Source: Paraphysomonas bandaiensis (taxonomy: Eukaryota > Protista > Chrysophyceae). Taken from it: a stretch of DNA of 54,312 nucleotides. The notes under the pieces were generated by a model that worked only from the letters and a program-made list of their open reading frames with translations, made no database searches and had not been told where the DNA came from. Location: the NCBI GenBank assembly GCA_965644295.1, contig CBFFRP010000566.1, positions 1-54,312 of the forward strand, in the 5' to 3' direction. Shown here one piece after another: positions 20,603 through 33,953 of the stretch (position 1 is its first letter; the number at the start of each line of letters is the position of its first letter). The translations under genes and the position numbers were made by a program.

Positions 20603-20806
20603 ATGTTTATGTCAATGCATGGTTGAAAGCTTCGCTAGATGTTTATGTCAATGAGTAGTAAATGAATTGGTTATTAACTGTATAACTAATTCTCTTAATG
20701 CATCCATATGCCCAATGAATTAGCTGCAACACGTTTCTATTCACACTTAGTAGCACATTATACTTAGTTAAACTTATACAATCTTAATTTGCCTTCTTAA
20801 TTAGGT

Positions 20807-21589
20807 TTACCAAGGAAGTGTGGTAAAGTCATTGTCACTACTACGTAAGTCATACCTTATACCACAATTATAGATATGTGATATGAGATCTTCTTTACGG
20901 ACAGAGTTTATGGGGATTACTAAACCATCTCCAGCTAATATTGTTCCAGGGAAAACATCCAATCCTCTCTTCTTTTCCGTAATGCTTTTCCACTCATGGT
21001 TGCACTGTTCGAAGTCCTCAAGTGTTGAAGGAAAGTTGTAGATATCTTCATTCGGCAACGCTTTGTCAATCAAAGCTAAACATGTCTTGAAAATAGTGTG
21101 CACAGATTTCAGGCTTACTCCGTACCAAACCATATCCAAATACGAGGCACCAGCAAGCATTCTCAAGGTAATATAAAGTTTCAATTCAAGAGGTATATGA
21201 GATACGCTGTTCTCCCCTAACTGTTTAGCGACTTCATAATTCTTAAATCCATCACTATACTTCCCAGGGTAACATTTCTTCATGTTGTACACTAAGTTCT
21301 TAAACACAGATCTCGTCATTCTGAATTGCCTCTCAAACATAGCATCCGTCCAACTATCCACAACTGCTATGGGATGCTGTCGATCTTGGGCGACCTTCTT
21401 CTTTCTTTTGAACGTGGGCTTCTGTTGGATATCCACAAACCAGTGCAATATGGCCTCGTTGTTTTTGTTCTTGGTATACTCAACTCCTTCGTCAGTGTCT
21501 AGCCCATAATAAGAATCTTCTGAATCAGATACTTCTTCATCGCTATCACTGTCAACATCCTCCATTAGTACATCCATATTCAAGAGCAC
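20807..21589 (-). pseudogene. PIF/Harbinger transposase (DDE_Tnp_4 type), truncated
   Basis: FERQFRMTRSVF, IPLELKLYITLRMLAGASYLD and the first catalytic motif LAGDGLVIPI are present. The ORF ends ~35 aa later without the second D or the E. Confidence 0.8.
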
Positions 21590-24239
21590 AACCAGTTCTA
21601 TAACAATATGTGTTTAGTGTGCTCTATTTGTTATATAATATCGATTCATATGGTACATCGACCAGACCATAGGTTTTGGACCCGAGGTTTTGAAGGACCA
21701 CCCGGATGGTCGTTCAAAACCTCACCCCCCCATTTTTGGGTAGGTTTTGAAAACCTCCTATGGGTAGGTTTTGTAAAAGGTAGGATTTTTCCGAGGTTTT
21801 TTGGTAGGTTTTTTTTGTTAAGAACGGCTGTCACATGTAGCATACACGCATCTTCGTATGCTTATCGTACAATAACTAGCACTGAGCTGCACACCTCTGC
21901 TGTCTTATCTATGAAAGAAATGCGGCTTATTGAGATTGTATGCTGTGGGTAGATGAGACTGCGCATATAGGTTTCACTTGAGCTCTCTGCAACAGACCTG
22001 CCTATATGCGTATATGGCTATATGCCTACATGACTGTATGACATTATGATTATATATGACTATCAATGAAGAGGCGTCTCATTGTATGAATATGGCGGCA
22101 TTCGTGGTGCTCTTCTTATGAAGTAGGTGCAACAACGGAACCTGCTGTCTGGTACTGTAATTTGGGATTGAGAGGGAGGAAGGCACGACTCCTGGACATG
22201 AGCACATAACGTGAGTGAACCTCGTTGTCGGTACTGGTAGGAATGTCCTGTTTGTTGTTCAATGGATGTGAATGTATATCGTAGTAGATTATTAATTATT
22301 GTATTATGCTGTCTGGAGGGTGTGTTAATGATGCCATACGTGATAAAATTGTCTTTTATATTCACTTAATTAATTTTGTGTATGTTAACGTTTGCATGTT
22401 ACACACTGCTACTTCATATATATATGACATATTATTATACTGTTAGATACTTTAAAAGTATTGATAGATTTTTACTTATCATGACTACAAACGATACCCT
22501 TTCAGTCTATTTGCTAGGGTGTTTATATTGATGTCATTGGGCCTGTTTGGTTGTTTAGTATAAGCTCTCGATAGTAATTTAGGATACGCATGGTCGAAAA
22601 CAGATTGGCTATTATTCCTTGTGATTTCATTTTCCCTCGACTAGGGTTAGGGTTACTTACAGTATCACTGACATAAAGAATATGTAGATGTAGATTACAT
22701 ACACGTGCATGCGTTTGCTGCAAATTAACGACAAATCTTGAGCATATATAAGAAGTTTTACCTAATCTTATAGTTCATTACAGTACCATCTAGTTCTCAT
22801 TATTGCTTGCACATGTAACAGAAGAGCAATAACTGTACATACAAATACAATGAATGAACTGATTATTACTCAACAGCCCAATAGTACTCCAGCTACACAC
22901 TCTACTACTCTAGTCTCCAATACCACTACTTATTACCTGACACTAGCCGGGAGTCTCTTTTTGCCACGACTGAGAGCATTGCTCAGTAAGTCCACTACCT
23001 CACCTGCATGGTCTTCTTTTTCCATTTCAAACACGGTTTCAAGCTGTAAATCAGCACATAAATCAACGACGTACTCGGACTGAACTTTCACAGCGCATTT
23101 CAAATGCTTTACTCCCCTCCAATACTAATAGGCATAGTGCTTGCGTCATCATCAATAACCGAGACATACACTCTCCGCATTTCTACAGGTTTTGGGAACC
23201 CACTTGTCACGCTTATTTTGTCGATAATGAGGCATACACCTTTACAATAGCTCTCCCGCATAGACAGTTAGTATTGAGGCTTGCTATACGAACTCACAGT
23301 TAATAACAGCACAATTCACAGTGTATTCGCTCTCTCAAATTGCTTATTGGAATTCCAAATTACTAACTAAGAACGTGGCATTCGCTACTTCAAAATTGAA
23401 GTTGCGGTTTCTGCAACATGACATAAAGATTTCAGCTGGATGATGGTATCTTGCTCCCTCAAACCATCCCTATCTGCTTCTTGGAGTTCCAAAACGCTGT
23501 TCACATACCAGTGCTTGCCAATACCTCAATGTTCTGTTCGACGTCACACTTTAGTCAGCCGCATAGCATTTGCTATTACTATACAATCACAATTTCACTG
23601 CAATCAAGTCAGAGTTATCATCACACAAAGATTCGTGTCCTCACAGTGTGTTGGAGGGACTCTCTTTTATTGGCAAGCTCCATTTCCGATTGGCTTCTGC
23701 GGTATGTTTTTTTTGGACAAGACGATGAAAAAACGACGTTTTTGTTCTCGTTTGCGCGAAGGGCATCCCAGTAGAGCTCATAGAACTCCCATACATACAC
23801 TCGTATCCAGAATATACTCCAGAGCGCAAGTAAAAGTCCCTTGCCTGACGGTCCTGGATTTTTACTTGCCTCTGGAGCTGGAGGATGGTTTTACTCCCTT
23901 GCCTAACGATCCTGCAGAGTATTCGATCATGGAAGACAGCAGTCCTGATCCCTTATATCAGACATTGCATGCTCTTACTTTTCCAGATACACTGGATGAA
24001 ATGATTCAAATCGCTACTAATATTCGCCGCAACAGAGTGGATATTTTAAACGAGCAGCAGCATGTGGCAGCTCGAACAGTCGAACTGGATAATTCACAGA
24101 ACCACCTCACTGAAACCAATACATTTCCGTCGGCTGATTTAACACTTCTTCCTGCATCGTTTGCTTCTACTTATTAGTAATATTTTTTACCATCTGTTCC
24201 TTAGTAATTTCTTAGTTTGTTCCATTTTTTACATTAACT

Positions 24240-24400
24240 AACATTCGATAATAGTAACACTTACATTCGACACTTAGTAACCTTACGACACTTAGTAACA
24301 CACTTAGTATGATATATTCACATAGTAACACTTACTTCTAGTAACACATACATAGTAACACTTACTTCTATTCACACTTAGTAACAACTTACTTTTACTA
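24240..24400. repeat. Degenerate short tandem repeat (ACACTTAGTAAC-like)
   Basis: Repeated tagtaacacttac/acacttagtaac motifs. Confidence 0.6.
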
Positions 24401-24541
24401 CTATATTTAGTATACTATATATTAGCCCATCTGTTTTAGCAATAGTTACAAGTAAGGTAACCACTCTGTTCGTTCTACTGCTATTAGCGCCGCAGGTCTT
24501 CCTAGAACAATGATCTACAGGCCTTACCTTTTTTAGTGGCC

Positions 24542-24910
24542 CTATATTTCTACTAGAGGGTCACCAAACCACCACAGATCCCACATAGTTTTTACGTCAT
24601 AAGATGGAAAAATAATTCTTCCTGGAACAAAATCGGGCCGAAGTAAGGAAAAGGCATTTCTCCTTTCTGTTTGACTATCAGTAATAGTTACATCTCCAGT
24701 TCGCAATCGATCAAAGAACTCATCCTGCTTTGAAGACATGTTCTGTATAGTAGTCCTCATGTCTGCAATAGGTCCCGTTGTATCACAAAACGCCTTAGAA
24801 ATCATATCTAGGATATTACGCTTCGTGACCTTTACTACACCATCAATTTTTAATTGTTCCACAATGCAATCTATGAGTTGCTGAGGCAATTTCTCAAACT
24901 TATTATTCAT
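24542..24910 (-). pseudogene. Transposon-derived fragment, possibly the C-terminal region of a Crypton/tyrosine-recombinase-type element
   Basis: FPSYDVKTMWDLWWFGD resembles the GCR1_C-like C-terminal motif of Crypton-type proteins in stramenopiles (recalled, not searched). Confidence 0.3.
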
Positions 24911-25487
24911 TGCATCTTCAGTGCCCCTATGCGTGTAATGCAGGATTGTCTATTCTCTTCATACAAACTTCTGAAGTTTCGAATTTCTCTGGATATATAA
25001 GAATAATACCGGGTACTCCCTCCGCACTCATGTTTGTGTCTTTACAGTATGCATAGCATAGTATTACTTTTCTTTTAGTGAGTTAAGTAAAGTACAATCT
25101 GTGAAAATTGGTTGTCGAAATATTGGATGCTCGGGGTCGTACAAATCTACCAACGCACCTCGGTGGTGATGAAATACAATAAGTGCGAACAGAAATCTGA
25201 TTACTCTTCGAAAGCATTGGGGATAATAATCATAGGAAGGCAATATTTTGTTCTAACCATATCTCTCCAACTCCATGAGTGTAGATTGGCCAAAATGAGG
25301 ACATAAAACATCAAACTCATCAGCTGTAAAATTCAACTGCGAAGTCGTACGACCTACGGCTTCCGAAAACATATAGCAGTCCTGAGTTCTGCCTACTTCT
25401 TGACCAGCCCTCAAGCAAACTTGAGTTCTACTAGGTCCATCAAGTTTGGATACTGAAGTCGATTCGGCAAACTTCCGATTAAGGAAG

Positions 25488-25740
25488 TTATTTTCCTGCT
25501 ACGACGTAGCAGAACTGGCCTCTCTCATACAGCCATGATAGACATAAAGACTTGTTAGTCATAGAATCCGTATAATATAGTAGCATTAATCCCAATCTAT
25601 CATGGCTGTATGGGAGAGTAGGAAGCCGGCCACCTTTACTCCGATTCGCATTATAAGGGTCGAATTTTCTGAATTCAATCAATAATTTCTCAAATGCCTC
25701 TCGCTTCAATGACGTCGTATTCAGAATTCTCTGTCATCAT
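25488..25740 (-). pseudogene. Fragment of a second Harbinger/ISL2EU-type transposase N-terminus
   Basis: (F)LNTTSLKREAFEKLL...GGRLP...LGLMLLYYTDSMTNKSLC matches the N-terminal HTH region of DDE_Tnp_4-type transposases. Frameshifted and truncated. Confidence 0.5.
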
Positions 25741-25953
25741 GATGCCGCCAAGCTGTTTCTCTTATCTGCCTTAGAGCAGCTCGTTTCAAATAGTTTCTTT
25801 CGCGGAGAGTCATGCGGATTCTTATTAGTGTCAACTTCTTCCGCATCCTCTGACGTTTTCTCATTTTAAACAACCATCATAACGATTTTTACGTCTAAAC
25901 AAATTTTTCGTGTTTGTGTCAGTTGTGGAAGTCATCCATATCTATATATACAT

Positions 25954-25979
25954 AGAGAGAGAGAGAGAGAGAGAGAGAG
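25954..25979. repeat. (GA)n microsatellite
   Basis: Run of AG dinucleotides. Confidence 0.9.
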
Positions 25980-26023
25980 TGGATATCATCGTCATGTTGA
26001 CATTATTGCTGTTCTCAATGTAT

Positions 26024-26477
26024 AATACAAGGGTTTTTATATCCCAAAAACAAAAATACAAGGGTTTTATACCCCAATAACTAAAATACAAGGGTTTTAT
26101 ATCCCAAAAACAAAAATACAAGGGTTTTATATCCCAAAAACAAAAATACAAGGGTTTTATATCCCAATAACAAAAATACAAGGGTTTTATATCCCAATAA
26201 CAAAAATACAAGGGTTTTATATCCCAATAACAAAAATACAAGGGTTTTATATCCCAATAACAAAAATACAAGGGTTTTATATCCCAATAACAAAAATACA
26301 AGGGTTTTATATCCCAATAACAAAAATACAAGGGTTTTATATCCCAATAACAAAAATACAAGGGTTTTATATCCCAATAACAAAAATACAAGGGTTTTAT
26401 ATCCCAATAACAAAAATACAAAGGTTTTTATATCCCAATAACAAAAATAAAAGGATTTTTATATCCCAAAAACAAAA
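26024..26477. repeat. 30-bp minisatellite, ~15 copies (ATACAAGGGTTTTATATCCCAATAACAAAA)
   Basis: Head-to-tail copies with an identical core and degenerate edges. No spacers. Confidence 0.95.
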
Positions 26478-28029
26478 TCCAGTGCTTTATCTGTCATATT
26501 TTGGGATTTTATTCTGCAGTGTGCATCATCATCCTCGGAGTCATATCTGCAAACACACTCAAGCTGCACTCGAAAGATGTCAACACCATTGAAAGACGGG
26601 GCACAGTAGGAGACTCGTGAAGGAATGAGACTTGATGACTGTCCGGGCTGCTATTGTCTGGATTCCAACTCGTGAACTGGTGAGTCGAATTGCACACTGT
26701 ATGGTGAATATTTATGGACGCATCGAAGTTTATGTTGCTGTCACTCTTCAGTATGCCGCCTGTGTGTGTAGCATCTATGCTTGTGATATGTATGTACGTG
26801 AGAACTATTCCAGTATACCAACAGATGCATATTTGGTTACTTTGTTTGGTCGATATCGTAAAAGTGCCAATCTGATTCGTGTTTCACACAGCAGCATTGA
26901 GTCTATTGCTGGTGGTTACTTTCCCCCTTCATCCACCAACGCAATTAACGACTAAGCATTTATCACCTACAACTTGCACCAGGCGTTACATACATCATCA
27001 TATATATCAAGGTGGGGTGTTGTTTTCCCATCGACTATGAAAAATTTCTGAGCTGTGTAGCGTTGTTTATTTTTGCACTACTCAGTGCCGTGTATTTTAC
27101 ACACTATTTAATGTCATAGTTATTAAAAACGTTTTATGCGCACATATTTTGATTCCTGAATGAGAGCACGCACCCCTTGTATATATATGCAGTGTGCGAA
27201 GATATGATGCAGGAGTAATCGTTATTGCAGGTGGTGCTTGAATTCGGAGGCAAGCATTCGCGGAGAAATCCATCGAATATTCTTACTAACCACATGGTTT
27301 AGTTTGCTCGGTGTGTGTTCAGTAACATTTCTATTCATGTTGATGTTAACTCCGGTACAGCCTTCCACCCAGGCGCTTTGTTTTTGGGGGCAGGAGGTTT
27401 GAATGTTCGAGCTGTTTTGTCCTCTACTACCATCCTTGTAGCTGACAGTGTATATGTCGTCGGGAAGACAAGAGACCACGCATCTCCTGAGGTCATAAAT
27501 TCTTGAAACGGCATCTCCAAGTTGAAACACACCGTCCACGTTGTTGGGAATTGTCTCTTGATGGGAATCGCTATAAACTTGCGTTGCTGTTGCTAGAGCG
27601 ACGAATGCGTTCTCCGTTATCCTCCATGCTTTCCTCGACTGCATTGCGTAGCCCGTCTTTGCAGAGATATTATAGGTATCGTTCAAGGGACAGGCCTCGG
27701 TCGTTTCACAGGGTAGATTCGACGTCGCATGGCCATTCATCATGGTTCCGATCGCGTTGCCCGCCTTTCTCAGACAATCTTTGATGGACAGATTGGTAGC
27801 GAGAACCAGGGCGTAGCAAACTTTGTCATTTATATTGTATACAACACAGCTGTATAATATATATTGTATATAATAGTATATTATAATATTTTGTATATCT
27901 AGCCCTAATCGATTGCATTGTGGTCACTAAGAATTGGAATGTTAGTTTTGCGAATTTTAACTTTTGAATTATAACTAACGTACAGTATACGTATAGTAAG
28001 GGGTGCGTGCCCTCATTCAGGAATCATAT

Positions 28030-28195
28030 GTTATGATATGTTATATATGGTGTATATGATATGGTATATATAGTATATATGATATTATGTTATATATGAT
28101 ATGGTATATATAGTATATATGAGATGGTGTAAATTGTATATATGATATGTTATAAATAATATGGTATATATAATATGGTATATATGATGATATAC
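28030..28195. repeat. AT-rich low-complexity repeat (TATATGATATGGTATATA-like)
   Basis: Imperfect tandem tatat/gatat motifs. Confidence 0.7.
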
Positions 28196-31100
28196 AGGAG
28201 ACATATGCCGAAGACACCGACCGCAAGTTGTTTGTGTTAGGACAAGTAGATTGGGCAGGAGCGTATGATCCGGCTTAAACAGGCAACTCGTTGTATGCCC
28301 ATGTATCTAACTAGATCGTGTTGTATAGTTGAGCACTTGTCGGTGCATGCAATAGTAGCTAGATGAGAGTCATGTTATGCTTAGTGTCGCGCGAGTTGTT
28401 AGGTTGGTTGCGGCAACGCACAAGCTTGCGCTTCTTAATAATCAGACATTCAATATGCTCACTCGCTTTTGCAGTGACCTGTCAATAGATTTATATTTAC
28501 AATCGGTATAAACATTCAAAAATGTACTTGGTGGAATAAGCCCTGCCACGAATGGGAATGGCTGCCCTTGTTGAGTTCTGCTATATGAGAGCAATTGAAA
28601 GCTGCTGTTATAAGGTATTTAAATTACTGTAGTATACAGTTGTAGTCTTGTTAATCGTACTGTGAGAATGAATGACGATAAGTATATAGTGGTAAAGCAA
28701 AATATAGTGACGATGCAAGTTGTAGTGACGAAGTAAGATCGTCGTACAAGAAATGAGTGGTAGTGGAGACAACATGATATTGATGAATGATAAGAGATAT
28801 AATTCTCAGCATTGAGTATAAGTTACCTTCTGTTGTTAAGTTAATATTTCTCATATAATGTCAAACTTTGATAGCCCTGTGCACTATAGAAACTGTACAA
28901 GAGTTAAAATCGTGAAATCGTTACTGATTGGATCTACATACTGGGCAAGTGATGGGTCATTACATAAACGCGACATTGGGGTAGAGGTAGTAATTTAAAC
29001 TGACTATTTCATTCAGCAGTAGGTCAAGTCAGTAGTGAGTAAATGAATTGCTAAGTAAAAAAGCAATGTGACCAGAGATTAAGATCGAGGTTTATGTAAT
29101 GTTCAGTTAACTGCCATCAGTGGCACCGCACTTTCTTACTCTCGTGTTGTATTTGGTGAATATAGTTTATCACTAGAACTACAACCTATTTTATAAGGCT
29201 AGCTATGGTATGCTGAAATAATATCTGCCACTATGGAGTCCATATATTATATATTGCAAAATATTGTTATCGCCCCCTGCTATAGACATACCCATTCTGG
29301 GATTTTGGTGAACCCGCACAAGCTAACTAGCTATATCTGAATTGTTGGAAATGATTATTTCTAAATTATGATAATAAATTCTTAAACGTTGCTGATCATA
29401 ATGTAAATTATTCTAATTAACTACTAAGTGTTTCCTAATTGATTACTCTGTCTACAGTAAATATATAACAACACAAATTTGATAAAATTTCATACATAGA
29501 ATATGTACAATGGAGCAATCAACATAAATATATATTAATACCAAAAAACGATATTAAGTTACTGCGTCCATATTAGGCAAGAAAAAGTTCTGTAGTGAAT
29601 GGTACTGATGCAAATAAAAATATCACACACTGACATCAGACTCAGATGCCTCGCCGTCATCTGAATGACTCCCGGTATATGCCACAGCAGTAGCAGCACA
29701 AGCTGGATGCCTGAGAGCTTCCTGCATAGGTTCCTCCATCTTCATGACTCTCCGAACGCATCGACACACAATGACAGCCTAATTTGGGAGAACAGCACGG
29801 TATGCTTTTAACTGCCCAATAATGTAGCCGTTCCCCAATCAAACGAGGGGTTCAATGCTCCCTTTCGGAGCTGCTGTTGCAACACTACTTGTTGTTACCA
29901 TGGAACGCCGCTGCTATTGATAATTCCTTGACGACCTTGCCCTCAGTCAGGTGGAATCTTTCCATGACAGCCTTCTTGTCGCAAAAGCTAGTCTGGTCAG
30001 GGACGCCATAACCCTCTGAGGCATGATCGTAAGTAGAAGCCTCAATGCAAACATCAGAGCGCGCTTCCTTCCGCTCTTCCAGGTTCTACATCCCTCGCAA
30101 AGCAGGGAGATCTTCAGCCCTGGAGTCTTTGACTACCTTCACAATGCCCCTCAAAGGTGCGAGGGATGGCATTGTGGGTGGACTGCCTCTAGTAGTAGGC
30201 TCCCAGGAGGGGGGAGTGTGCTCTGGGCCCGGTTCACCATGCGCTTCATAGGAACTGAAGCCGGTAAACACCCTCCTGCTCCATCGCTAACAAGCTCCAA
30301 CCAGCTTGCGCTTAATCTTCCCTTACGGACCATACTGGCCTGCACAGCCTCCTTATGCTCCTTGTTGGGGGGTTCGCTGCCTCATTGAGATGCTGCAACA
30401 TGCGCTTATCGAGGTCGTTAGGAGAGACTGCAATGTGAATTATGGTCTACTGGACTCACATGCGACCCTTCGAGAGTCTGTCGGGGGCTCCAGCTGCCTG
30501 TGCGAGCAACTCTGAGTGACCTTGGAGACGTTTTTCGACAAAGTGGACCAACCCTCCACTTGTAGGACCGTAGATGGTCCCACTCGTCCTAAAAAAACAG
30601 GCACTCATCATCCCACACCCAAACTCACACTCACCATCACCACCACTTTTATGTATGAGTATACTGCTGTATACCGGTATACAATACAGTGGAACAGCAC
30701 ATGAGACTCTGAATATGTGTGCATGTATGTAGAAGATACAGTCACTTACAGGCAGCTCGACAGCATGTACCACCTTCAGAGACATTAAAGTGTATGCATC
30801 ATAAGTATATTTACTATGGCAGCGTATGATCTAAGAAATAGATGATTTTATCGAAAGATATTCTTGTAATATGTCATAACAATACAGATATCGGCCTCCT
30901 ATAGATTGCAACCCCCAGGAGCGTTGGACGACCCTCAGAGGGTGACCAACACGACAGATACATTGTAGACTATATATACATTGTTAATAAAGCCGTAATT
31001 TAGCATTTATATACGTCTTAAACATATTTTCCTTCTAATTGTACCGCTATCACATGCACCGACACGTGCCACCCCAGACGCCCATAGATCACCCCCAGAG

Positions 31101-31677
31101 TGCAAAGTAGACTTCCGGTACATTATAAACCATGTGTCTAATATATTTTTTCTATAACGTTACATTACCATATATATATATGTGATTTAATACCTTTTAA
31201 TATTAAGTACCCCTATTTTATTTTCTGAAATACCATAGGCACTGGTATGGACCACCCCACAAGCCCCCAGATCTTTGCTTGTAGAAAGTTTGAAAGCGTT
31301 TCTAAGCTACTTCAAACAGGAGACTCTAGTCAAGTGAATCTTTATGAAGACCGTAACATTTTTGACAGCTTATTGATGGACTTCGGGGCTAGGTATCCCA
31401 AACCTGCTTTAAAGAAAACAGTTCCATTGCTAGATAGGCGAAGAAGTTGAGTTGACAAGATCTGGGAAAGATGCTGTTAGAATATATCTCCGTTCAGACA
31501 GTAGTGGTTTCTTCAGTGAGCTAATAAAATTAAGAAATGAAAGATTGAAATATCTAAGTACAGGTGCACGAGTCTTGTAGTATGTACTTCCAACACACTT
31601 GAACGCCAATGCAGTAGTGGTTTTGGATATCATGTGATTTTAATGACTAATACTAAAACTGGAATCTACGGATGTGA

Positions 31678-31797
31678 TGAATGGTGGTGAACATATCCTA
31701 TTCAACTTAGGTTCTTTATTATGTAATGTTTATAATTTCATCTTATCAATTGAGAATAGCAAACCTTAGCAAAATAAATAATGTCAACTTCTGTTAG
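31678..31797 (+). repeat. Fragment of an LTR related to the Copia-remnant LTR starting at 11097
   Basis: CAACTTAGGTTCTTTAT...TGAGAATAG.AAACCTTAGCAAA...ATAATGTCAACTTCTGTTAG is shared with ~11280-11394. Confidence 0.8.
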
Positions 31798-31836
31798 TAC
31801 TACTTAAGGTTATTATCATTCATAAATGTGATACAA

Positions 31837-32484
31837 TTATCGTACGATTTCTGGAGAGGGAAGGACTAAAGGGGCGTTATTTTTCTCTCTCGTTTTCATG
31901 CTAATCCAAGAGGAAATCTGACCAACAGTAAGCCATTTCCAAGGCTCTACAAAGTGTAATTTCATGTACCGTCGGATTGTCGGAGCCTGTCTTTTATCAG
32001 GCATATCGTACTGTAATGTCAACCAGTCTTTGATTTCATCAGTAAATGATTCCAGTATGTTTTCCTTGTTTAGTCGACGGGCATATCCTGGACTGAGGGG
32101 AAATACTTTCCGAGGTCCCATGGTGAAATGACAAATGAGAGAATCGTTTTCACAGGAAAATGTCCTATGTAGAAATTCAACCACACCCTCGTCGAGATGG
32201 GCTGCACTGATCACCATGTCATTTACTTTGTGCAACTTTATTCCCACTGAAATCGTCGCGGCATTGATCGAAGAGCAACTAACTTTCGAGACAACGTGCC
32301 CTTGAACATCCATTTGGGGTAATTCCTGTAAGGAAGATATTCTGATGCTTATCTCTTTCTGTGATATATCCATTTTCCCACCAAGCAGTATGTTCGAGGG
32401 ATGAGATTTCATGCCAGAATCAAGCAGATCTAGAATTCGGACTACAGGTGTCGGAAATTTGCGAGTCGTGGAATGAGTTTCCAC
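31837..32484 (-). pseudogene. Probable transposon-derived ORF fragment with a C-terminal helix-turn-helix-like region
   Basis: 215-aa ORF with no ATG start. The C-terminal FPLSPGYARR...WLTVGQISSWIS looks like an HTH tail of TE proteins. Family not identified. Confidence 0.25.
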
Positions 32485-33953
32485 AGTAGCTGACCGTGCA
32501 GAGGGAATAGTAGGGAATACTTTTTTCCAATTCTCGGAATTTCTAAATTGCCATAAAACAATATTATATTAAAATATATATGGTGGTTGATCGAGAGTAT
32601 ATAGCAATGAGCGATATATAAAATATATTATGTAGCTAATAATAATAGTAGGGTGTTATGTTGTGAGCTCTAGTTATCTACTTGGTAATTGTTTATAATT
32701 TCTTACCTGCAGTGAATGCCGTATCAATCTTTCGCTTAGCCCCACTTATATTTGGAATATGATCTGATGTATATGTGGTCAGTGTAATAGTAACAACAAT
32801 GATATCATGAATGACTACATATTAGCGTGCATACAGTATATGATGTAATGAGTTTGTTTATAAGTATGTATGTGTTGAGTTCTACAACTATGCATATATA
32901 TAGTGACAAATTCATACCTACAGTGTAAACATAAATGCGTTCTACATAATATTAGCATGCATGTATGCCATGATGTTACCAGTATTTATTATGGATGTAT
33001 TGCTTCGCCCACCCGGGATATCGGAAGTACTAGATGCAGCCCCGATAACAGTATTGGGCCCCACATGGGGGTGTCCAGGGTCAGCAGTCCTGGACACTGG
33101 GAGTTCTGAAAAGACAATGCCACCAGCTGTCGATACACAAGTCTCTCATTGCCGGGAAGATTAAATGTGTTTATGAAATATGCTGCTGATTCTAGTGGGT
33201 AGAAAGCCCCCTTCAATACGCTGCCCCCTCCGTCCACATCTCTGATGTAGTTACAAGTACGCTGCGGGAAAAGCCTCGCAAATCTGCTGCGCGCACTGCT
33301 GCGTGAATGGACAAGATTTCTACTGGATGGGAACGCCTCAAACAGAAAATCAAAAAAGTCAGAGCTGTGCACCACGCGCATGTCCTGAACGTCGAAGCAA
33401 CGCAACTGCCGCTCGAACTGTGGGGTGTTAAAAGATACAGTCACCATCTCCGACTGGGAGATGGTCTCCGGCAGCAAGGCGAGTCTTCTTGCCGGAGTTT
33501 CTTCCATCAAGCTCAACAATACGGGTCTACGCTACAATAATACACACTTTTTATTCTCTATATATATGTGTATGGCGCTTGGCTCCTTAATAGAAATTGT
33601 TGTCATTTTGACAACAATTTCAAAGCTCTACACACATGTTCCATACGAAAACATCAACACAAAAAAAAGAAGTGGGACCGCACTGGTCCGCTTTGTTGAA
33701 AAACGCCTCCTTGCCATACCAACATACACACTCGACTTCAGTTGAAAAAGTCATGAAAATAGATGATTTTATGTCTATTTTTAAGAATATACCACTTTTT
33801 CAATATTGGGTATAAATACTGTGTTTTCTATATAAAAAGCCCCCATTCTGAGGTGTCTGTTGTTCATACTGTACGTACTCAGTGCTTGCTGTGATCCATC
33901 TGAAGATCGTATTCCGGTATTTGTTCCACTAGTATGAGATGGACTCTTAGTTC

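Larger units (their letters stand above)
18995..21830. mobile_element. PIF/Harbinger DNA transposon (two convergent ORFs; transposase apparently internally deleted)
   Basis: TIRs CACGCGTTCTTAACAAAAAAAAACCTACC (from 18995) and GGTAGGTTTTTTTTGTTAAGAACGGCTG (to 21830). 3-bp TSD TCA at 18992-18994 and 21831-21833. Subterminal CCTACCCA/AAAACCTC repeats at both ends. Confidence 0.85.

Noticed and set aside
22850-24177. ORFs 22850-23083 and 23440-24177 as genes
   Set aside because: No recognisable motifs and mosaic composition. At most decayed fragments of TE or host genes.
26024-26477. 30-bp repeat as a CRISPR array, or as coding ORFs 25942-26421 / 26081-26413
   Set aside because: Units are contiguous with no unique spacers, there are no cas genes and the context is eukaryotic. 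The ORFs are simply stop-free readings of the repeat.
27222-27743. 173-aa ORF as a gene
   Set aside because: No recognisable domain or supporting structure; left unannotated.
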